The notes below the pieces were generated by a model. It saw only the letters and a program-made list of their open reading frames with translations. It was not told where the DNA came from and ran no database searches. Shown in pieces: positions 26,243-32,153 of a stretch of 32,153 nucleotides of DNA (positions are counted from its first letter, which is position 1; every line of letters begins with the position of its first letter). This DNA comes from a virus. Position numbers and translations under genes: made by a program. The stretch lies in UHGV virus genome UHGV-0053799; one strand, written 5' to 3'.

Positions 26243-28524
26243 TTCCACTCCATTACTATTGAGAATCCCGGCCACTCATCAGCGACCGGATACGTGAATT
26301 TTTTCCCGTCGTAATTTACGGTCGCGCCACGCGCCAGCGCCTCAAGCTCCCATCGCTGCGGCCTGATACCGTTCTGAGCGAGATCAACGCGGATACGGGT
26401 GATTTGCAATCGTTCAGACCGGGTCAGTCTGGCCGATGGTGCAATTTCATGTGGTTTTAACGGGCTTCCGTTTCTTTGCTGACGATTTGGTGTTCTCAGG
26501 TCGTGTTTTAATGCCCCCCTGAGCGCCCTCACGACCTCCGTGTCGTTCCATTCGATAACACCGTCATCAACCAGATTAAGCACTGCTGCGGCGTGTTCAG
26601 AAGGTGTGGGAGCCGGTAACGAAGTATCACCACCGGTGAGCTTTCCACAGTTATTGACAGGACTCCGAGGCGCGGCGATGCCGCTTTTTAAAGTCAAAGG
26701 CTCAACGACCGGAACTTTCGGCACAATGCGCCAGTCCGTCGTTCTGGTGATATGAATATGACGCGCGCCGAGATGCGGCGCGTAAATGCCGACCACTCTC
26801 TCGACTTCTTCCTCGTACTCGTTAACTTCATCCGACGGACTACGGGCAACCCTGACAGTCTGACAATCGCGCGGGACATTTGCCCCACCCTGCGCGCTGA
26901 TATACAACGCAAAATCACCACTGTCTGCGGCGGCGCGTGCAGCCTCGACGCGCTCGTCAAACTCATCAGCAATGCTGACGCCGCGAGGCAATTTGCGTAG
27001 TTCACGGTAAGCCCCCATTGTCGGCAGACCAACCGTTTTAAATTGTGGGATGCGCCACGTTGACGCCCATGCGGTAACAGCCGCAGCAGTATCTTTAAGC
27101 GGTCTGCCGGTATCGTTATCGAGCTGACCATCCAGTGCATAGCCATCGATGTTTTTTGAGATGTATTTCGCGATATACCCCGCAGCACCGCCCTGGTTAA
27201 GGTGTTTTGCCTGAAAACGGTTTCGCGCGGCTCCTCTTTCGTCGCCATCCTCTTTGAGCGCATAGCGACGCATGATTTCGATAATCTGGTTACGCTGGCG
27301 TGGATTACAAAAAAGCATCATATGCCAGTGCGGCGTTCCGTCGTGGTGTGGCTCGACGACACGCAAACCGTAGACCTGTAAATCATTATCCTTGAATGCC
27401 GTGCGCATCAGGCTCCAGATGCGGCAGAGATAACGCTGCGCATCCTTTGGATTAAATGCCTCATCGTTCCAGCCGTGATTAAGCTGAACGGTTTTACTTT
27501 CGCCTTTTCTGACCTGACGAGTCGGGTGATACTTTGACGGCGCGGTCAGCGTGATAAACATCCCCACATCACCCTCTGCGGCGGCGTAACGCTCAATACC
27601 GGCAATGGTGTTCATCAGCTCCATCCGGCGAATTTCAGGATTAGAAATACTGCCCATCACCTTACTGATAAGGTCGATGCGCTCGCCGGTTTCCCTGTTT
27701 TCAAGGTCACACGATTTAAGAAATTCCAGATTTGCCTGGCGGCGTGCACGCACATCACGAATGGCATGTTTACTGGCATAAGGAGAACGGTCTTTATTCA
27801 CCTCCCCGACAGCAATCAGTAACGCCTCATGCCAGCGCATACGCTGGCCTTTGAGCTGATGAGTCCACCACTCATCGTTAAACAGACGGGCAATGGCAGA
27901 ATATGCCTGCCTCGTGGTCATCTGTCCTTTACGGTATTTTTTCCAGTAAAGCGGGGAAATATTGAAAGCACGTGCAGCGCCAGCAACATGACCATAGAGG
28001 TGAGCCTGCGCCTCATCCGTAAACAGCGATTCTTTTTCGCCATGTGCATCCACCCAGGCATCGCTGAGTTCCTCATACATCATGAAAAGCTGCGATGAGA
28101 TACGGGCAGCAAACTTTTTCAGCTCCTTGTCATTCATTCCCGGCAGGCGCGCATAGTGGTCACGCTCTGCCAGAAACAGTAACGACGCGTCGGTGTTCAT
28201 TTCATGGCGCTGATTCACACGCTCAATGCGCGGCCATAAACGACGCTGAAAAGTGGATGTGAGGAAATAAAACCCGTGCACCGGGCTTTTATTGCGCCGG
28301 ATGTAGTCATAGCGTGAAGTAAACAGCGAGCGCAAAAAGTAAGGCAGGCGGTTAATCGTGGATAAAACACCTTGCACCTGACGCATCTCGTCACGTGTAA
28401 GGGGTCTTTCGCGCCCGACGGCCTCGCGTGGCGCGTTCCATGCATAAGCACCGGTAAACGCCTTACCGGTGCCTGCAGCAAATGCTGACGGAGGGACAAA
28501 ACGCCCGGAGGCTTTAACGGCCAT
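26239..28524 (-). CDS. A: Rolling-circle replication initiator A
   Basis: Start placed at MAVKASGRF (28524), 761 aa; HUH-type motif TPHWHMMLF (about 27311-27334) and paired tyrosines YIAKY (about 27163-27177). Confidence 0.9.
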   Translation of the reverse strand: MAVKASGRFVPPSAFAAGTGKAFTGAYAWNAPREAVGRERPLTRDEMRQVQGVLSTINRLPYFLRSLFTSRYDYIRRNKSPVHGFYFLTSTFQRRLWPRIERVNQRHEMNTDASLLFLAERDHYARLPGMNDKELKKFAARISSQLFMMYEELSDAWVDAHGEKESLFTDEAQAHLYGHVAGAARAFNISPLYWKKYRKGQMTTRQAYSAIARLFNDEWWTHQLKGQRMRWHEALLIAVGEVNKDRSPYASKHAIRDVRARRQANLEFLKSCDLENRETGERIDLISKVMGSISNPEIRRMELMNTIAGIERYAAAEGDVGMFITLTAPSKYHPTRQVRKGESKTVQLNHGWNDEAFNPKDAQRYLCRIWSLMRTAFKDNDLQVYGLRVVEPHHDGTPHWHMMLFCNPRQRNQIIEIMRRYALKEDGDERGAARNRFQAKHLNQGGAAGYIAKYISKNIDGYALDGQLDNDTGRPLKDTAAAVTAWASTWRIPQFKTVGLPTMGAYRELRKLPRGVSIADEFDERVEAARAAADSGDFALYISAQGGANVPRDCQTVRVARSPSDEVNEYEEEVERVVGIYAPHLGARHIHITRTTDWRIVPKVPVVEPLTLKSGIAAPRSPVNNCGKLTGGDTSLPAPTPSEHAAAVLNLVDDGVIEWNDTEVVRALRGALKHDLRTPNRQQRNGSPLKPHEIAPSARLTRSERLQITRIRVDLAQNGIRPQRWELEALARGATVNYDGKKFTYPVADEWPGFSIVMEWK

Positions 28525-28789
28525 ATGAGCCAAAAGCCTCTGAACAACGCCTGCTGAGTTGCTCAACCTGCACGTTTAAATCAGCAAAAGACTTTGCGCT
28601 TCCGGTCAGAATATCGTGATGCATCAGGCCTGAAACGAGCTGGCTTAATTTCGGGTAATAACCAACCACCGCCAGCCATTCCTGACCGGCGTTTTTACCG
28701 CTTTCAGCTCTCTTTTTCTCGTGGAGAATAAACTGAAAGCTGTCACTGGTAACGACATAACGTTCGCCAATTTCAATACGAATACTCAT
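28514..28789 (-). CDS. Hypothetical early protein (P2 orf83 position)
   Basis: 91-aa ORF whose start overlaps the upstream stop (ATGA). Confidence 0.6.
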   Translation of the reverse strand: MSIRIEIGERYVVTSDSFQFILHEKKRAESGKNAGQEWLAVVGYYPKLSQLVSGLMHHDILTGSAKSFADLNVQVEQLSRRCSEAFGSYGR

Positions 28790-29010
28790 GCCGTTCTCCG
28801 GTAATGTTTGTTTTTTGCTTCAAAGACTGACTGGCAGGAAACACAACGCGTGGCTGACGGATAAGCCGCACGACGGGCAGCAGGTATTGGCGCGTCACAC
28901 TCTTCGCAAACCAGCGCAGAAGCACCGCAATGTTTTACCCTTGCCGCGTTAATCTGACGCTCCAGTAATTCAGCCTGTTGTTCCTGAATAAAATCTACGT
29001 TGTCCGGCAT
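28786..29010 (-). CDS. TraR/DksA-family C4 zinc-finger protein (P2 orf82 position)
   Basis: 74 aa with CxxC...CxxC (VCEEC...CVSC). Confidence 0.7.
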   Translation of the reverse strand: MPDNVDFIQEQQAELLERQINAARVKHCGASALVCEECDAPIPAARRAAYPSATRCVSCQSVFEAKNKHYRRTA

Positions 29011-29315
29011 TACCAGCTCCTTTTGTCGTTAAGTTTTTTAAATTCATCAGCGCAATAGCTGGCAATTTCTGTCGTTAATTTCGTCAGTTCATCCACGGAG
29101 GAGATTTGCTTGTGAAATACAGCGCGTTTAACAAGTAAATTGACCACATCAGACAGGAGATTTAATTCGTTCTGATAAATCGCGATAACAGACTCAGTTA
29201 TTTCGCGTTTTTCTTTATCAAGACCAAGTTGAATAAGAGATAAATCGCCATTTTTCATAACGGTGATTTTTAAGGCGTTATTCAGTAATACAACTGAACG
29301 AGAACAGGACATCAA
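29010..29315 (-). CDS. Hypothetical early protein (P2 orf81 position)
   Basis: 101-aa ORF chained by stop/start overlaps in the B-A interval. Confidence 0.55.
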   Translation of the reverse strand: MMSCSRSVVLLNNALKITVMKNGDLSLIQLGLDKEKREITESVIAIYQNELNLLSDVVNLLVKRAVFHKQISSVDELTKLTTEIASYCADEFKKLNDKRSW

Positions 29316-29536
29316 AGCACCTCCCCGCGAGACAATCCGATATTGTGAAATTTTTCCGACTCCTGACTGAGCAGCTCGACTATCTCTACGCGGGATAACT
29401 CCGCCTTTGTGATGTGGCGAATCATGGCGTCAAGATGAGAAGAAAAGCGCGTCGCTGCGTCGGCCTGTGCTTCGGTTCTGGCCTGTTGCAGCAGTAATGC
29501 GTATTTACCGCACTGATTTTCAGAAACTGTATGCAT
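29312..29536 (-). CDS. Hypothetical early protein (P2 orf80 position)
   Basis: Start placed at ATG 29536 (MHTVSENQ...) with GGAGA RBS; 74 aa. Confidence 0.55.
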   Translation of the reverse strand: MHTVSENQCGKYALLLQQARTEAQADAATRFSSHLDAMIRHITKAELSRVEIVELLSQESEKFHNIGLSRGEVL

Positions 29537-29599
29537 GACTTTCTCCAGGCAAAAAGAAGCCCCGCACAATTAAGTGCGTTAAAAACTCTGGTTAATTAC

Positions 29600-30100
29600 T
29601 TAATGCAGATATTGCTCTGGTTTTACCGACGTCAGAATTGTCGGTGCATACTCAAACAGGCTGAATAATTCACGTAATGCACGGAATAAGGCATCACGCC
29701 AGTAACATGATTCTTCATTAATTCGCCAGTATGGCTGGTTGAATTCTTTTTCAGTCAATCCGGCATGCATAAATAAAGTACGGCGCTGACTGACAGTTAA
29801 AAAGCTAATATATGCATACTCACTTGCACCGACCTGACGGCGTTTTGAGAATGCCCCACGCAGTTCATCAATTGCACAAACCAGCCGTTCACGTTCGACG
29901 TCGTTCATTTCTTCAAAACGTATCGTTGCGTGACGCTGTTTTAACTGCGCATGGAAGCAAACCGTTAGCCGTTCGCGTTCCATCATCTGATTATAATAAT
30001 CGCATGTCTCCTGCCAGCGAGGGACGGCCAGATGCTTACCAATTATCCGGCGCATAGCTGCTGGCTGTTTTTCAACGAGATTGAGCGTCATCACTGTCAT
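29600..30100 (-). CDS. B: Replication protein B
   Basis: 166-aa ORF, same length and position as P2 gpB. Confidence 0.8.
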   Translation of the reverse strand: MTVMTLNLVEKQPAAMRRIIGKHLAVPRWQETCDYYNQMMERERLTVCFHAQLKQRHATIRFEEMNDVERERLVCAIDELRGAFSKRRQVGASEYAYISFLTVSQRRTLFMHAGLTEKEFNQPYWRINEESCYWRDALFRALRELFSLFEYAPTILTSVKPEQYLH

Positions 30101-30267
30101 TTCCAGACCCTCCGGCTTTTCAGAAAGGTCAGAGCCTTTTTTAACGGACTCTGTTTTTTGGTGCGGATAATGATTCCCTTACGCCCCTTACCGTGGGTGA
30201 TGGTGAAGTCAATCGCCCTGGGGCTTTCGTTACGCAATAACTGAGCAATACAACGAGGCTCATTCAT
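30097..30267 (-). CDS. Small hypothetical early protein (P2 orf78 position)
   Basis: ATG at 30267 (MNEPRCIAQ...) with strong AAGGAGA RBS; the track start at 30291 is GTG. Confidence 0.5.
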   Translation of the reverse strand: MNEPRCIAQLLRNESPRAIDFTITHGKGRKGIIIRTKKQSPLKKALTFLKSRRVWK

Positions 30268-30277
30268 ACGGTTCTCC

Positions 30278-30553
30278 TTAACGTGGTTCACCGAGACCTA
30301 ACCACATCAACCAGCCGTCACGAATCTCTTTAGGACGGCTTTCATAAGCCAGTTTTAGTCCGTTATTCCATGCCGGAAGGTATACCCAATATTCACCAGC
30401 ACGCCCCGATACTGACTGAGGGTCAGTAATCTCAATAACTGGTAATTTCCCTTTCTCAATCATGCCCCTTACAGCTCTTGGAGTTTTACCAATGAGTTTT
30501 GCAAACTCCTGATAAGGCACGGCATCAGTCACGCTTACAAGCTGTCTATTCAT
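30278..30553 (-). CDS. cox: Cox (early-promoter repressor / excisionase)
   Basis: 91-aa ORF; ...AVPYQEFAKLIGKTPRAVRGMIEKGKLPVIEITDPQSVSGRAGEYWVYLPAWNNGLKLAYESRPKEIRDGWLMWLGLGEPR closely resembles P2 Cox; divergent from C. Confidence 0.85.
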   Translation of the reverse strand: MNRQLVSVTDAVPYQEFAKLIGKTPRAVRGMIEKGKLPVIEITDPQSVSGRAGEYWVYLPAWNNGLKLAYESRPKEIRDGWLMWLGLGEPR

Positions 30554-30578
30554 CTGCTACGATTCTCCCTTAGTGCTT

Positions 30579-30597
30579 CTAATGGCTCCTAATGGCT
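30579..30597. promoter_or_regulatory. Direct repeats CTAATGGCT x2 at 10-bp spacing in the cox/C switch region (candidate C operator)
   Basis: CTAATGGCT at 30579-30587 and 30589-30597, inside the 121-bp interval that must hold the two switch promoters. Confidence 0.45.
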
Positions 30598-30674
30598 AAT
30601 TATTGCCTAAAAGGATAACTCCAGAAGCACAACATTTCACACTATCAGCAAGAAATTACGCAATCGGAGTAATT

Positions 30675-30974
30675 ATGTCAATAGACGTTTCGGAGAAGTT
30701 GAAGCTAATCCGTGAATCTGAAAGGTTAAACCGTAAAGAATTCAGTGAATTAACTGGTGTAGCCTACAGCTCACTTTCGAGCTATGAGAGCCGGTCAAAA
30801 AACGCTGGAGTTGAAGCCATAATGAAGGTCTTACAACATCCCAGATTTACTAAATATACTTTGTGGTTCATGACTGATCAGGTAGCTCCAGAAGCCGGGC
30901 AAATTGCGCCCGCTCTCGCACACTTTGGGCAAAACGAAACAACGTCGCCCCACTCCGGTCAAAAGACTGGTTAA
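30675..30974 (+). CDS. C: Immunity repressor C
   Basis: ATG 30675 with GGAG RBS; 99 aa; C-terminal half ...FTKYTLWFMTDQVAPEAGQIAPALAHFGQNETTSPHSGQKTG matches P2 C as recalled. Confidence 0.85.
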   Translation: MSIDVSEKLKLIRESERLNRKEFSELTGVAYSSLSSYESRSKNAGVEAIMKVLQHPRFTKYTLWFMTDQVAPEAGQIAPALAHFGQNETTSPHSGQKTG

Positions 30975-31089
30975 CAATTTATCGTGAATATATTCATCAC
31001 AAGTGCCTACTATTGGTGGCTAAATTTCAGCCACCACGAAAAAAGCGATTAGTAGTAGCAAAAAAAAGTACCACTCGGAGGGTTTTCTG

Positions 31090-32103
31090 ATGGCAATCAA
31101 AAAACTCGATGATGGTCGATATGAAGTGGACATCCGCCCTACTGGACGTAACGGAAAACGCATCCGTAGGAAGTTTGATAAGAAAAGCGAAGCTGTCGCT
31201 TTCGAAAAATACACGTTGTACAACCACCACAATAAAGAATGGCTATCAAAACCAACAGACAAACGACGTCTGTCGGAACTGACACAGATCTGGTGGGATT
31301 TAAAGGGTAAACACGAAGAGCATGGGAAATCTAATCTTGGAAAAATTGAAATCTTCACAAAAATAACGAATGACCCATGCGCATTTCAAATCACGAAATC
31401 CCTTATCAGCCAGTACTGCGCCACCCGAAGAAGTCAGGGTATTAAACCTTCGAGTATCAATCGTGATTTAACATGTATTAGCGGCATGTTTACAGCCCTG
31501 ATTGAAGCGGAGTTATTCTTTGGTGAGCACCCTATCAGAGGGACAAAGAGGCTTAAGGAGGAAAAACCAGAAACAGGCTATCTCACACAGGAAGAAATTG
31601 CCTTACTGCTTGCAGCACTTGACGGCGACAACAAAAAGATTGCGATTCTTTGCCTGAGTACAGGAGCACGTTGGGGAGAAGCAGCTCGTTTGAAAGCAGA
31701 AAATATCATCCATAACCGCGTCACGTTTGTTAAAACGAAAACAAACAAACCACGCACCGTCCCGATCTCAGAGGCTGTTGCCAAAATGATCGCGGATAAC
31801 AAACGAGGTTTTTTATTCCCTGATGCTGATTACCCTCGCTTCAGACGAACAATGAAAGCAATAAAACCGGATTTGCCAACGGGGCAAGCCACACATGCAC
31901 TAAGGCACAGCTTTGCCACTCATTTCATGATTAATGGAGGAAGTATTATCACGCTACAACGGATACTAGGTCACACGCGGATTGAGCAAACTATGGTTTA
32001 CGCTCATTTTGCGCCAGAGTACCTTCAGGACGCCATTTCTCTTAATCCGCTAAGAGGTGGTACTGAAGCCGAGAGTGTCCACACAGTGTCCACAGTAGAG
32101 TAA
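31090..32103 (+). CDS. int: Tyrosine integrase
   Basis: 337-aa ORF with GGAGGG RBS; C-terminal catalytic region HALRHSFATHF...GHTRIEQTMVYAHF; same length and position as P2 Int. Confidence 0.9.
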   Translation: MAIKKLDDGRYEVDIRPTGRNGKRIRRKFDKKSEAVAFEKYTLYNHHNKEWLSKPTDKRRLSELTQIWWDLKGKHEEHGKSNLGKIEIFTKITNDPCAFQITKSLISQYCATRRSQGIKPSSINRDLTCISGMFTALIEAELFFGEHPIRGTKRLKEEKPETGYLTQEEIALLLAALDGDNKKIAILCLSTGARWGEAARLKAENIIHNRVTFVKTKTNKPRTVPISEAVAKMIADNKRGFLFPDADYPRFRRTMKAIKPDLPTGQATHALRHSFATHFMINGGSIITLQRILGHTRIEQTMVYAHFAPEYLQDAISLNPLRGGTEAESVHTVSTVE

Positions 32104-32153
32104 CGTTTAAGGGCTTTCAGTGGTAATTTATGCCGCTCAAACCCGCATTGTAC

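Larger units (their letters stand above)
1..32153. mobile_element. P2-like prophage, near complete; order D-U-T-E-FII-FI / cargo / G-H-I-J-W-V / cargo / S-R-lysCBA-K-Y-X-L-M-N-O / P-Q / cos / cargo / A-B-cox / C-int
   Basis: Gene order, sizes and protein sequences match the P2 late and early operons as I recall them; cos is internal and int sits at the edge, as expected for an integrated P2-type genome. Confidence 0.9.

Noticed and set aside
32104-32153. Attachment site (att core) downstream of int
   Set aside because: P2-type attP should lie just beyond int, but only 50 bp are present, the other junction is outside the window, and I could not recognise a core sequence.

Overview
This window is a nearly complete P2-like (Peduovirus-type) temperate prophage of an enterobacterium, in integrated (permuted) gene order. 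The minus strand carries the late tail and head operons (D, U, T, E/E+E', FII, FI; G, H, I, J, W, V; S, R, lysC/lysB/lysA, K, Y, X, L, M, N, O); the plus strand carries P and Q, followed by cos (a 19-nt match to the P2 cohesive end as I recall it, at 23685-23703). Beyond cos lie the early replication genes (A, TraR-like, B), the cox/C immunity switch and a tyrosine integrase at the right edge; ogr and both att junctions appear to lie outside the window. All assignments come from reading the supplied translations and DNA by eye against remembered P2 proteins; no searches were run. Three insertions are visibly AT-rich (hand counts of 60-nt samples give about 18-28% G+C, against about 45-68% in backbone samples) and sit at the P2 moron positions: (1) between FI and G (Z/fun position), an opposite-strand two-gene cassette of a small soluble protein plus a protein with a soluble N-terminal domain and C-terminal multi-TM region; (2) between V and S (orf30 position), a 261-aa three-TM protein; (3) between cos and A (old/tin position), two independent N-terminally membrane-anchored proteins. 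I recognise none of the five cargo proteins, and these are the best candidates for an undescribed anti-phage or superinfection-exclusion system; the FI-G cassette is my top candidate.
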